This document shows, in pieces, positions 1 to 9,560 of a DNA stretch of 64,000 nt; positions within the stretch are counted from its first letter, which is position 1; every line of letters starts with the position of its first letter. The translations under genes and the position numbers were made by a program. The stretch lies in sequence record NC_070966.1, one strand, 5' to 3'. Under the pieces are notes generated by a model. The model saw only the letters and a program-made list of their open reading frames with translations, made no database searches and was not told the DNA's origin.

Positions 1-2
1 AT

Positions 3-1043
3 GAACGAGTTAAGACCAAGATCAAAGACATTGAATGGAATCTGTCAAGAACTGGTCGTATGGTTCCTAAGGCAATCTTAGAACCTGTCAATCTTGCAGG
101 AGCTACAATCTCCAGAGCGACCTTGAATAACTATGAATACTTGACTGAACTCGGATGCGGTCCAGGATCTGAAGTTGAGATCATCCGATCTAATCTGATT
201 ATCCCTAAGATTGTGAAGGTTCTGAATAAGGAACCTGCAAGACGACCACTTGTATGCAACAGGTGCTATGAAGTACTGAAGGTCGTAAAGACTGATTTGA
301 TGTGCGTCAATGAGATGTGCGCATGTCGAGTTATGTCGTCAGTCAATCGTCTCTTCTCATTGACGAAACCTGATGGTATCGGTGGTAGTGCTTGTACGAC
401 TCTCGTTAATAGTCTTGCAATCGATAGTTGGGAGACTGCTAAGTCAAGATTCATAGATCAAGACGTGAGTGGTTTGGATAAGATCTTCGGTACCAAGACT
501 GAGATTAAGATTCAAGAAATGATCTCGAAGATCAAGAATCTGAATCAGATAATCACTGTCAAGGGTGTACTTTATCTCGCGAATATTCCTAAGCTTGGTA
601 ACTCAAGTATAGGTCCTATCGCTGAGAATGTCTCAGTGGATGCATTCTTGACTGCTATCCGTGAAGATGAGATTCCTGTTTCATGGAAGCAATACTGTGC
701 ATCTGAGCCAGCATTCAACAATCTTCGTAAGTCGATTCAACGAATTCGACTGATATTAGACTTCCTTAATTGGAAGGTTAATGCTGTAGTGAAAGTCGAG
801 AAAGTAGAAACTCGTCTGAAGTACTGCATGACTGGAACATTCAGTAAGAAGAGATCTGAGCTACAAACTGAGTTCTCTAAGTTAGGTCTTGAATTCGTCG
901 ATGTCAAGAAAGCTCAAGTCTTGATGTGGGATGGAGAAGATCAGAAGAATAAGTATCATACTGCCAAGAAGCTCGGGATTGAGATTATCTCCGAGAAGGA
1001 ATTCAGAAGTCGATATGTCCAATCAGAAGAAGCCATCGTATAA
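3..1043 (+). CDS. ligA: NAD-dependent DNA ligase, C-terminal part (5' end lies before the window)
   Basis: Frame is open from base 3: IEWNLSRTGRMVPKAILEPVNLAGATISRATLNN matches the LigA OB-fold motif; Cys4 zinc finger (CNRC...CAC); C-terminal BRCT-like CMTGTFSKKRSEL. Confidence 0.9.
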   Translation, partial: ERVKTKIKDIEWNLSRTGRMVPKAILEPVNLAGATISRATLNNYEYLTELGCGPGSEVEIIRSNLIIPKIVKVLNKEPARRPLVCNRCYEVLKVVKTDLMCVNEMCACRVMSSVNRLFSLTKPDGIGGSACTTLVNSLAIDSWETAKSRFIDQDVSGLDKIFGTKTEIKIQEMISKIKNLNQIITVKGVLYLANIPKLGNSSIGPIAENVSVDAFLTAIREDEIPVSWKQYCASEPAFNNLRKSIQRIRLILDFLNWKVNAVVKVEKVETRLKYCMTGTFSKKRSELQTEFSKLGLEFVDVKKAQVLMWDGEDQKNKYHTAKKLGIEIISEKEFRSRYVQSEEAIV

Positions 1044-1959
1044 AAAGACTTATGAGATTCTAGATCCTAATGATCCTCCTACTCTAGCTAAAGAGACGGA
1101 GGATCATTATGTATTCTATTGTCCTAATTGTGTTGAGAAGAGAGGAAAGCCTGACAAAGACGGTAGGCTTTATTGGAGTAAACCTAAGCAGGTAGGTTAT
1201 TGCTTCAAATGTGTCACTTCATTCTTTCCTGCAGCAGATGAGAATCTTACTCCTGAGGAGAATGAGCTCTTCCATATGATTGGACGGACTCTTTCAAAGA
1301 TGGATAAGGATGAGTCGATCGTCGACCCTCCTCCTATGGACTTCTCATTCGATGCCCTGGATTACGATCTTCTTACTTATTTGAAGAATCGTAATCCATT
1401 TTTGCCGTCTCTAGTGAAATTGCTCGGATGTAGAGCATGGTATGGCAAGATTAATGGTGTAGCATTTCCATTTATCTATAAAGATTACGTAGGTAAATTC
1501 CAGGTCCGATTTGATACCAAGATCAAGGATAAGAGATATTATACATCTCCTGGCAAGGACAAGCTACCGTATTCTCCTACAGGTCTGTTCACTGACTTCA
1601 AGTTGAGAGATGAACCTACCATCACAATCTGTGAAGGTGTATTCGATGCCATTGCATTGATGATTCTTGGTTATCCTAATCCAATCGCTGTTCTAGGTAA
1701 AACATTGACAGCATTCCAAATCAGATTATTGAGAACTATGATGCCATCTAATGCATTCGTAGTAATGGATGATTGGGAAATCTCAAAGGCTATTAAAGGT
1801 CAATTGATGAGCAATGTGATCTCGATGGAAGACGTCAGAATTGTTTCGTATGGAGATGACGTGGATCCTGAAGAGTATCTAGTTGAAGAGATTAAGGATC
1901 CTGAGAAATTTAAGATATATGCTGGAAATGTTGCAGAGATTATAAGAACTTATTCGTAA
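1015..1959 (+). CDS. DNA primase-like protein (Zn finger + TOPRIM)
   Basis: CPNC...CFKC zinc ribbon; TOPRIM ICEGVFD and VVMDD. ATG at 1015 (MSNQKK) preferred over 931, which overlaps the ligase. Confidence 0.75.
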   Translation: MSNQKKPSYKKTYEILDPNDPPTLAKETEDHYVFYCPNCVEKRGKPDKDGRLYWSKPKQVGYCFKCVTSFFPAADENLTPEENELFHMIGRTLSKMDKDESIVDPPPMDFSFDALDYDLLTYLKNRNPFLPSLVKLLGCRAWYGKINGVAFPFIYKDYVGKFQVRFDTKIKDKRYYTSPGKDKLPYSPTGLFTDFKLRDEPTITICEGVFDAIALMILGYPNPIAVLGKTLTAFQIRLLRTMMPSNAFVVMDDWEISKAIKGQLMSNVISMEDVRIVSYGDDVDPEEYLVEEIKDPEKFKIYAGNVAEIIRTYS

Positions 1960-2669
1960 TGAAGTTTAATATTATTGAGACTAAAATCCAAGGATATCTA
2001 AGGAAGGGATCTCTCCTTTTGACTAAGGAAGATCTCAATATTAACATCAAGCGTCATACACGTGCTCACTACGTAGGCATTTCGACAATCTCAGGATGTG
2101 CTCGAATGCTATGGATGAAGTACTTTCATCCTAATTTGATCAAATGGCCTGATAATTCAGCTAGTGATCATAAGAGTGTCCGAATCTTCGACATGGGACA
2201 TATTTGTGAGTGGATTACTGTTAGATGCTTAGAATTAGGTGGTGCCACGATCACCGGTGCTCAAGATACCTACGAAGAATTCGGTATCTTTAAAGGTCAT
2301 CCAGATGCGACTATTGATGGTAACCTAACAGGTGAAATCAAGTCAATGAATGATAATCATTTCCAACATTTTGTTGAACAAGGTGTCAAGAAGAGTCATT
2401 GGGGATATTATGTCCAAACTCAGATGTATGAATATTACTCTGGAACTCATGACGGATGCTTGATAGCTACCAATAAAAATACTGGTGAGATGAAATGTGA
2501 GCACGTTCCTTATGATGAAGCAGTTGTAGAGCACCATCGTCAAAAAGCTAAGCATATTTCAGAGACTAAACATTTCTGGGATATTGATAAAGAGTTTATA
2601 GCACAAGATTTGAATAGCTGCTCATTTTGTCCTCTCAGAAAATTATGTCATGGAGACAAGCAATGGTGA
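1959..2669 (+). CDS. Cas4-like PD-(D/E)XK exonuclease with Fe-S cysteines
   Basis: GHPD..GEIKS, QTQMY, N-terminal Cys (GCAR) plus C-terminal CSFCPLRKLC. Confidence 0.75.
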   Translation: MKFNIIETKIQGYLRKGSLLLTKEDLNINIKRHTRAHYVGISTISGCARMLWMKYFHPNLIKWPDNSASDHKSVRIFDMGHICEWITVRCLELGGATITGAQDTYEEFGIFKGHPDATIDGNLTGEIKSMNDNHFQHFVEQGVKKSHWGYYVQTQMYEYYSGTHDGCLIATNKNTGEMKCEHVPYDEAVVEHHRQKAKHISETKHFWDIDKEFIAQDLNSCSFCPLRKLCHGDKQW

Positions 2670-2968
2670 CAAAGATTGTTAACATGCATAAGGATCGTCA
2701 CTTTGATATCGACATTACTCGAAATGGAATGTACGGTAATCCATTTATGATAGGTCGAGATGGTGATCGTGTCCAGGTCATCAATAAATTTAGAGACTGG
2801 ATCAAAGGAATTAGTTGTCAAGAAGTGGAGCCAATTCGACGTAGAAGCATAGTTGAAAGCCTTCCTTCTATGAAGGATAAGGTACTAGGATGTGTATGTT
2901 CTCCTAATCCTTGTCATGGTGATGTTTATGTGGATTTCATTGAAGGAGTTGAAGAGATAATATGTTGA
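2663..2968 (+). CDS. DUF4326-like protein
   Basis: DIDITRNGMYGNPF...LGCVCSPNPCHGDV pattern; ATG at 2663. Confidence 0.75.
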   Translation: MVTKIVNMHKDRHFDIDITRNGMYGNPFMIGRDGDRVQVINKFRDWIKGISCQEVEPIRRRSIVESLPSMKDKVLGCVCSPNPCHGDVYVDFIEGVEEIIC

Positions 2969-3465
2969 AATGGCGTAAGAGATTCCTCAGGTTGGCTAGA
3001 GAAGTCGCATCCTGGAGTAAAGATCCTTCGACTAAAGTTGGATGTGTAGTAGTCGATCCTAAGACTAAGAAGATTATCTCACTCTCATACAATGGATTTC
3101 CTCGCAATCATCCTGACGATGAAGAGTTGTACAAAGACCGACAGTATAAGCTTGATAATATTATCCATGCAGAGATGAATTCGGTCATCGGTAATGATGT
3201 CAACGGGATGGATTTATATGTCTGGCCATTCTTCTGTTGTTCAAATTGTGCTAAACATGTAGTTCAATCAGGTATTAAGATGGTATGTTCATCTAATCTT
3301 ACACCTGAAAGATGGATAGATGATCTTAACAAATCTAAGAGTATATTTGAAACTAGTGAAGTTGAATATATTATCTTCAAAGATAAATTCCTAGATATGT
3401 CCGAAGATGAGATAGAAATCGAAGTCATAGTAGATGAAGGTTATATTAAACCTGCAAGTTGGTAA
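2962..3465 (+). CDS. dCMP deaminase (zinc-dependent)
   Basis: SKDPSTKVGC, GYNG-like SYNGFP, HAEMN and CSNC zinc motifs. Confidence 0.9.
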   Translation: MLKWRKRFLRLAREVASWSKDPSTKVGCVVVDPKTKKIISLSYNGFPRNHPDDEELYKDRQYKLDNIIHAEMNSVIGNDVNGMDLYVWPFFCCSNCAKHVVQSGIKMVCSSNLTPERWIDDLNKSKSIFETSEVEYIIFKDKFLDMSEDEIEIEVIVDEGYIKPASW

Positions 3466-3467
3466 TA

Positions 3468-5180
3468 ATGGCATCTCGTAGAATTTACAGTCAGCAAGAA
3501 ATTGATAAGATTACTCCAATGGTCTGGAGGGAGATTGATAAACAATTTCCTTTCGATAGTGCTCGTTCAGGTCAGAAAGATCTGATTTTCAGAATTGTTA
3601 AAGCTTATATGGAAGGCAAGAAGTACTTCATTCTTGAAGCTCCTACTGGTACAGGTAAGTCAGTTATTGGTACAACTGCTGCAAAAGTGATTTCAGCACT
3701 ATTCACTCTAGAAGCAGAAGACGATAAGAAGGCTCCTCCTAGCAATAGTTGTGTATGTACTAAGACGAAGGCACTTCAGAAACAGTACTCTGACTCCTTT
3801 CCAGATATCGTTACACTCTGGTCAAAGACAGGATATCCTTGTAACCTAGAACCGTACAATCCGGATGCTTATTACGGATCGTATACATGTTCCAAGAAGT
3901 ACTGCAAGCTATTCAATGAATGTAATTTCAGAGTAGCTCGTGAGAAGTTTAACAGTGCTAGTACTGGTACACTCAACTATGCGTACTACTTGAATTTTCG
4001 TCATTATCGATCAAAAGTACTAGTGCTTGACGAATGCCATACACTAGAGCAAGTTCTATGCAATCACCTGAGTGTTAAGTTCAATGTAGAATTCACTCAT
4101 CGTACTCTACAAGTTATGCTTAAGTACGATTTGATATCCTCTGAACTAGCTTCTAAACTTTATGCACTGCTGACTAATGCGATTTCTATCAAGGATACAA
4201 TGCCGAGATGGTTTCTTGTTATGAAGTCGATCATTCAAGCTATGAAGCCTATTGTATCCCTGATGGTATCGAATTTTAATAGTCTTCAGGATGAAATTGA
4301 TATGGGTAACTATACAATTGATCCTACGGCTAAGAAGAATCTGTACCATCATGCTGGTTTAGTGAATACTCTAGAAGGTAAGTTACAGAAGCTACTTCAT
4401 TCTTCTGTTGAATGGGTTATTTCTGAACGTAAGGACAATGACTTCATTGAATTGAAGCCTGTGGAATTGCATGAAGAGGCACATATTCTATTCAATAGAT
4501 GTGAGTTCGCAATCTTAATGTCTGCTACGATCTGTGGTATTCAAGTCTTCGCAGAGAATCTTGGTATCAAGCTGCATGAGTATTCATCAGCTCAGTTGAA
4601 TTCTACTGTACCAGTCGAGAATCGTCGAGTATATTCTGTTGGACTACCTTCATTCTCTCGTGAGACTAAAGAGGAAGTATTTCCACTTTATGTCCATGTT
4701 ATGGACGAGTTGATTAGTCAATTCGCACCTAATGATCGAGGAATTATTCATAGCGTATCTTACGACAATGCGAGATTTATCGTTGATAACTCTAAGCATT
4801 CTCATCGCATGAAGATTCCTGAATCTTATGAGTTGATGCATATCAAAGACTATATGTCAATGGAAGATGATCGTATTATCGTGACTCCTGCAGCAATCGA
4901 AGGTCTTGATCTTGAAGGCGATCTATCCAGATTTCAAGCATTCTTGAAAGTACCTTATCCATATCTTGGAGATAAGTGGGTAGCTCGTAAGAAAGAAATC
5001 AGTAATGATTGGTACCTGCGAGAGACTATCTCGGCTATCGTACAAGGTGCTGGACGAAGCGTTCGTGGTGGTGATGATTATGCTACCACTTTTATTATGG
5101 ATAGTAATTTTGATCGCTTAACTTATCGAGGAGATTTGATTCCTCAATGGTTCAGTGAAGCTATTGTTAAATTAGGTTAA
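3468..5180 (+). CDS. DinG/XPD-family SF2 helicase
   Basis: EAPTGTGKS, Fe-S cysteines, LDECH, MSAT, EGLDL, QGAGRSVR. Confidence 0.9.
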   Translation: MASRRIYSQQEIDKITPMVWREIDKQFPFDSARSGQKDLIFRIVKAYMEGKKYFILEAPTGTGKSVIGTTAAKVISALFTLEAEDDKKAPPSNSCVCTKTKALQKQYSDSFPDIVTLWSKTGYPCNLEPYNPDAYYGSYTCSKKYCKLFNECNFRVAREKFNSASTGTLNYAYYLNFRHYRSKVLVLDECHTLEQVLCNHLSVKFNVEFTHRTLQVMLKYDLISSELASKLYALLTNAISIKDTMPRWFLVMKSIIQAMKPIVSLMVSNFNSLQDEIDMGNYTIDPTAKKNLYHHAGLVNTLEGKLQKLLHSSVEWVISERKDNDFIELKPVELHEEAHILFNRCEFAILMSATICGIQVFAENLGIKLHEYSSAQLNSTVPVENRRVYSVGLPSFSRETKEEVFPLYVHVMDELISQFAPNDRGIIHSVSYDNARFIVDNSKHSHRMKIPESYELMHIKDYMSMEDDRIIVTPAAIEGLDLEGDLSRFQAFLKVPYPYLGDKWVARKKEISNDWYLRETISAIVQGAGRSVRGGDDYATTFIMDSNFDRLTYRGDLIPQWFSEAIVKLG

Positions 5181-5182
5181 TT

Positions 5183-5491
5183 ATGAGCAAATATCGTACA
5201 GTACATACTCTCAAGACGCTTGCACCATTCTACTATGCTGTAATGAATGGTGAGAAGACATTTGAGATTCGTAAGAATGACCGACAGTTTCAGAAGGGTG
5301 ATCTTCTAGTCCTTGATCTTTATGAACCAGACAATCAAACAAAGAATACTATGATTAGACCAGTATCCGTTTATTGTGAAGTAACATGGGTACTTGCTGG
5401 AGGTCAGTTTGGTATCGAGCTAGGATATGCAGGATTGGCTATTCGTATTCTTAACTCACAGGAATTTAATGAATTAAGAGGTCCTTTCTGA
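5183..5491 (+). CDS. ASCH/DUF3850-like protein
   Basis: LKTLAPFYYAVMNGEKTFEIRKNDRQFQKGDLLVL signature. Confidence 0.8.
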   Translation: MSKYRTVHTLKTLAPFYYAVMNGEKTFEIRKNDRQFQKGDLLVLDLYEPDNQTKNTMIRPVSVYCEVTWVLAGGQFGIELGYAGLAIRILNSQEFNELRGPF

Positions 5492-5498
5492 GATTATT

Positions 5499-5527
5499 CA
5501 GCGAAATTCGGCTCTGAGAGCCTTCCT
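5499..5527 (+). promoter_or_regulatory. Bipartite motif CAGCGAA-N13-AGCCTTCCT, copy A
   Basis: CAGCGAA attcggctctgag AGCCTTCCT, intergenic, about 30 nt before the HD gene ATG; identical blocks and spacing at 17106-17134 and 63730-63758. Confidence 0.7.
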
Positions 5528-5559
5528 TTCTACGACCCCTTAGATGAGATCGACACTTT

Positions 5560-6231
5560 ATGAAAGACATTGTCTTTAATCCTCTCCTTAAGATCTCTAG
5601 TGTGAACCGGTACTCCGGAGTTTATCTGACCAAGAATGAGTCAGTTTCAGATCACACTACTCAAACTGGATTACTATGTATTCTAGTCGGCAACGAGATC
5701 AATAAACGTCTTGCGAAATTGAAATCCTCTGTTAGAGTGAATCTCGAGAAATTAGCCTACAAGGCTTTAATCCACGATCTCGAGGAATCCAAGACTTGTG
5801 ACACTCCTAGAAATGTTAAATACTTCAATGACTTGATTTATCAAGAATTTGAGAGAATGGGTGACCAGGTTGTTCTTGAACTATCTGAACTCTATGAATT
5901 TCCTGAGCTCTATGAGCAATGGAAAAATGCTAAGGATAAGACTCTAGAAGGGTATATTCTTAAGATCTGCGATATGATTCATGTCGTACGTAAACTAGTT
6001 GATGAAGTTGTACTTCTTGGAAATCTTAACATGCTTCAGGTAGCACTGGAGTTGAAGGATCATCTGAAGAAGACTCACGATTATATTAATAAGATTACAG
6101 ATCTACCTGCTGAAGCGATTGACGTCTTTAATGAATTGACGATTTTCTCATTGGATACCGTTAACTATATTCTTAAGAAACATCAATCGGAGATTACAGA
6201 TTATAACTTTACATCTCTGAAGAGCGCATAA
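5560..6231 (+). CDS. HD-domain 5'-deoxynucleotidase / dNTPase (YfbR/DatZ-like)
   Basis: RY...ESVSDH, LIHDLEE...D.P..VKY, ICD metal ligands. Confidence 0.8.
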   Translation: MKDIVFNPLLKISSVNRYSGVYLTKNESVSDHTTQTGLLCILVGNEINKRLAKLKSSVRVNLEKLAYKALIHDLEESKTCDTPRNVKYFNDLIYQEFERMGDQVVLELSELYEFPELYEQWKNAKDKTLEGYILKICDMIHVVRKLVDEVVLLGNLNMLQVALELKDHLKKTHDYINKITDLPAEAIDVFNELTIFSLDTVNYILKKHQSEITDYNFTSLKSA

Positions 6232-9200
6232 TGTCCTTAGAAATTGAATCCATTATTAACAAAGTTGATCTGACTAGTGATGTTCGTGTATGTCACATGT
6301 GCCCACTAGCTGAGAAGTTTGGTGGATGTGATAATCTTGGACGAGTATCTTTTGAGATTGTAGGTCAGAATCCTAAGGTTCTACTTGTAGGTGAAGCACC
6401 TGCAGCTGAGGATCTGAAATCTGAACGACCATTCAGTAGTCAGTCTGGTTCATTCTTGAGAATGGCGATGGCTGAAATTGGCATTAATGATTACGCTCTA
6501 GCGAATGTGATCATGTGTCAACCTAAGAGTGTAAATATCTACACTCCGACTCCTGAAGAGTCCGCTCACTGTAAAGCACATATTCAAAGATTTGTTGAAA
6601 AGTACAAACCTGAGACAGTCATCTTGCTCGGACGAGGAGCATATGAAGTCATTCTACCAGAGAGTTACTTCGCAGGTCAGTCAGTTACGAATGTAACCAA
6701 GAAGAAGGCTATCGAAATTGATGGTGTACGTTATGGAGCAGCATTTCATCCATCGTATATCTTCCGTAATGGTGGTAAAGAATCACCACAGTACATCGAC
6801 TTCTTGAATCGATTGAGACGACTGACTCAGAATAGTGTTGATGCAGAATTCATCGTACCGTTTAAGATCGTTAATCTCGATCAACTAGATGAGACTCTCG
6901 AAGAGTTTGATGTCTACAAAGAACTAGGCTTCGACTATGAAGGTACCTCGCTTGATCCGTATGACGTCAATTATCAGGTTCTCGGACTTGGTATGTCATC
7001 GATGGACAAGGCAGTTTATATCGACTTTCATCGAGAGCCTACTCAAGAAGAAAAGAATAAGATATCTGACTTCATTCGTAAGAAGCAGATGTGGGTTTAT
7101 AACGTCAACTATGAAACCAAAGTTACATGGTCTAAGTTGAGTAATGATCTTATTCGATTCCACGATGCGATGACTCTTGTAAAGATCGACTGTTCTCCTG
7201 GATCACTGAAGGACAATGCTCGTAAATATCTGAATGCAGAAATCTGGGAAGAGATCGTAGGTAACTTGACTACCTTGTTCTACGATATCTTCCAATTTAT
7301 GAAGAAGATTGAGGAGAAATCTCCTAAACTATATAATGCTTGTAGACAAGCTAATATGGAGGCGATCTATCTTCTTAAGGAAGATACTGCTGAGAAAATC
7401 ACTGGTGGTAAGAAGAATCCTAAGGTTACGAGATATCGTACCAAGCAGGCAGATCATGCAGACTACATATCTGCTAAGATCTCTGCACTTAGAGAATTCT
7501 GCTCTGATGAAGATATCCAACGTGGATTTACTAAGTTTCCTTACGAGTGGGCAGCTGTTCCTCCGAAGATTCTAGGTGAATACTGCTGCTACGACTCTTA
7601 TTACACACTAGGTCTTAAGAATCATCTGTGGGATAAGTATAAGAGCGTTTACCAGTATTATATCACCCAAGGGTGGCTAGGCTCTACGATGGAGAGCTAT
7701 GGTCTGAATTGGGATGATGATAAAGCTTCTGAGCATGAACGATTCTATCTCGTTGAAGCTACGACATGCTTGAATCAGATCATTCAGAAATTGGATTTTG
7801 GTGAGAAAACTCTTGATATTCATACAAGAGCAAGCATGATTTTCAATGACTCTAGTCTTCCTGATGCTAGGAAACTCATTGATCTGAAAGGTATCTTTAA
7901 TCCAGGTACTCCAGATAAACTTAAACAGAAACCCTTCTGGGATAAGTACGTAACTGACTTTACGACTGCAATATCCATCTATCTTGTTCTCAGTGAACAG
8001 ATTCTAATGTCTCCAATCATTCCTGACCAAGCGATTGAGTTAGTCGATCGTCAAGATCTCAATAAAGCTATTGAGAATTTGATGTCAGTAGATTGGACTA
8101 AGTACGATGGAGTTGATCTTAAGACTGCCAAGTCAATTCAGAAATTGATGATGGATCTTATTGGTACACTCGATGAGAAGATCGGATGGAAGCTATATGC
8201 ATTCAGAAGTGATGTTCTAGAGTGGCAATATAAAGCTCACGAAACGTACGGTGGACTAGATATCGACAATCGTGAGACTTGGACTCCTGAGTTCGAGTTG
8301 TTATATCTTCTGAGAAGATATAAAAAGGTTGAGAAGAGTAAGAATACGTACATCAATGGTAAGGTAGGTAGAGCACGAGTATGGTTGTCGACAGTCGATG
8401 ATTACCAGAAGCCTCCTGTTCGACTGAAGCGTTACTTTGATGTTATGGAAGAGAGACAGTGGAAGAAGTATGAACTTCAGCATAACGAGAGATGGATTCT
8501 TGATACAGAATTCAATGTTGCTGGTGCAAATACTAAACGATGGAAAGCAGCTATTCATACTGTTCCATGGGGATCAGAACTCCGAGAGATCTATGCATCT
8601 CGTTGGTGGGATGGTCTGTTTATGCATTACGACTACTCTCAGGCAGAAGTTCGAATTCTAGCAGCTATCTCTCAGGATAGAGCACTACTGGAAGCATTCG
8701 CTGATCCTGATACTGACATTCACATGTTCGTTGCATCTCGAATCTGGAAGAAAGATCCTAAGGATGTGACTCCAGCTGAGCGTCGATATGCTAAGGTCTG
8801 CTCGTTCTCGATTTTGTACGGTAAGTCTATCGAAGGATTTGCTACTGAACATACCAAGGGTGATGTTGCAGCAGCTAAGCGTATCTTTGATGACTTCTAT
8901 GCAGCATTCCCTCAAGTTAAGGAGTGGATTGAGAAACAGCATAGAGATGCGAAAGTATCTGGTAAGGTCTTTACCTTATTCGGAGATCCTCTGTATCTTG
9001 ATATGTCGGACCCTAATGGTGCTATGCGTGATGCTCAAAACTGGCCAATTCAGTCCTCGAGCAGCTGTGTAGCAGGATGGGCTATCTGGATGAACTACGA
9101 GTTTTCTAGAAATAGAAACATTCCGATTCTTCCAATGGTCTTTACTCACGACTCTCACGATATGGAATTCAGATGTCAACATCTATTCGAGACGATTGAT

Positions 9201-9560
9201 ACTGTTCTCGAAACTGCAGTTGATCTACCTAAGCGTAGATTTAATCTTCCGATGAAGATCGACTGGGAAATCGGTGTTAATCAGTCTGATGCAATTGAGT
9301 TCAAAGAAACATCTCGATTTGATGAAGGTCGAGGTCGTACGTATCACTTTGAATGCAATGAAAATGCAATGATGCCTGTATTCGATCGTCTAAAGAACTA
9401 CTTTGACATCGAATATGAAGTCACTTCTAGAGAGACTGAGAGAGCATCGCTGAAAGAAATGTTCGTTGCAAGACGAGCATTCTCTAAGTATCTTGGTACA
9501 GATGTAACCGTCGTAGGTGGTAACCTCAAACTAGTGAAGAAAAATGGGATAAAAATATGA
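6231..9560 (+). CDS. polA: Family A DNA polymerase with N-terminal family-4 uracil-DNA glycosylase-like domain and 3'-5' exonuclease
   Basis: UDG4: CHMC, VGEAP, ANVIMC, FHPS. Exo: FDYE, YNVNYE, YCCYD. Pol: DYSQAEVRILA, RRYAKVCSFSILYG, NWPIQS, THDS. Confidence 0.92.
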   Translation: MSLEIESIINKVDLTSDVRVCHMCPLAEKFGGCDNLGRVSFEIVGQNPKVLLVGEAPAAEDLKSERPFSSQSGSFLRMAMAEIGINDYALANVIMCQPKSVNIYTPTPEESAHCKAHIQRFVEKYKPETVILLGRGAYEVILPESYFAGQSVTNVTKKKAIEIDGVRYGAAFHPSYIFRNGGKESPQYIDFLNRLRRLTQNSVDAEFIVPFKIVNLDQLDETLEEFDVYKELGFDYEGTSLDPYDVNYQVLGLGMSSMDKAVYIDFHREPTQEEKNKISDFIRKKQMWVYNVNYETKVTWSKLSNDLIRFHDAMTLVKIDCSPGSLKDNARKYLNAEIWEEIVGNLTTLFYDIFQFMKKIEEKSPKLYNACRQANMEAIYLLKEDTAEKITGGKKNPKVTRYRTKQADHADYISAKISALREFCSDEDIQRGFTKFPYEWAAVPPKILGEYCCYDSYYTLGLKNHLWDKYKSVYQYYITQGWLGSTMESYGLNWDDDKASEHERFYLVEATTCLNQIIQKLDFGEKTLDIHTRASMIFNDSSLPDARKLIDLKGIFNPGTPDKLKQKPFWDKYVTDFTTAISIYLVLSEQILMSPIIPDQAIELVDRQDLNKAIENLMSVDWTKYDGVDLKTAKSIQKLMMDLIGTLDEKIGWKLYAFRSDVLEWQYKAHETYGGLDIDNRETWTPEFELLYLLRRYKKVEKSKNTYINGKVGRARVWLSTVDDYQKPPVRLKRYFDVMEERQWKKYELQHNERWILDTEFNVAGANTKRWKAAIHTVPWGSELREIYASRWWDGLFMHYDYSQAEVRILAAISQDRALLEAFADPDTDIHMFVASRIWKKDPKDVTPAERRYAKVCSFSILYGKSIEGFATEHTKGDVAAAKRIFDDFYAAFPQVKEWIEKQHRDAKVSGKVFTLFGDPLYLDMSDPNGAMRDAQNWPIQSSSSCVAGWAIWMNYEFSRNRNIPILPMVFTHDSHDMEFRCQHLFETIDTVLETAVDLPKRRFNLPMKIDWEIGVNQSDAIEFKETSRFDEGRGRTYHFECNENAMMPVFDRLKNYFDIEYEVTSRETERASLKEMFVARRAFSKYLGTDVTVVGGNLKLVKKNGIKI

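Noticed and set aside
931-1014. N-terminal extension of the primase in the ORF track
   Set aside because: Overlaps the ligase BRCT coding region; ATG 1015 gives a normal short overlap
1959-2669. CRISPR-Cas system suggested by the Cas4-like gene
   Set aside because: No repeat-spacer array and no other cas gene seen in the window
5560-9560. Calling this a Z-genome (DatZ + DpoZ) phage
   Set aside because: No PurZ in the window; an HD protein beside PolA is not diagnostic, and the UDG fusion is more SPO1-like
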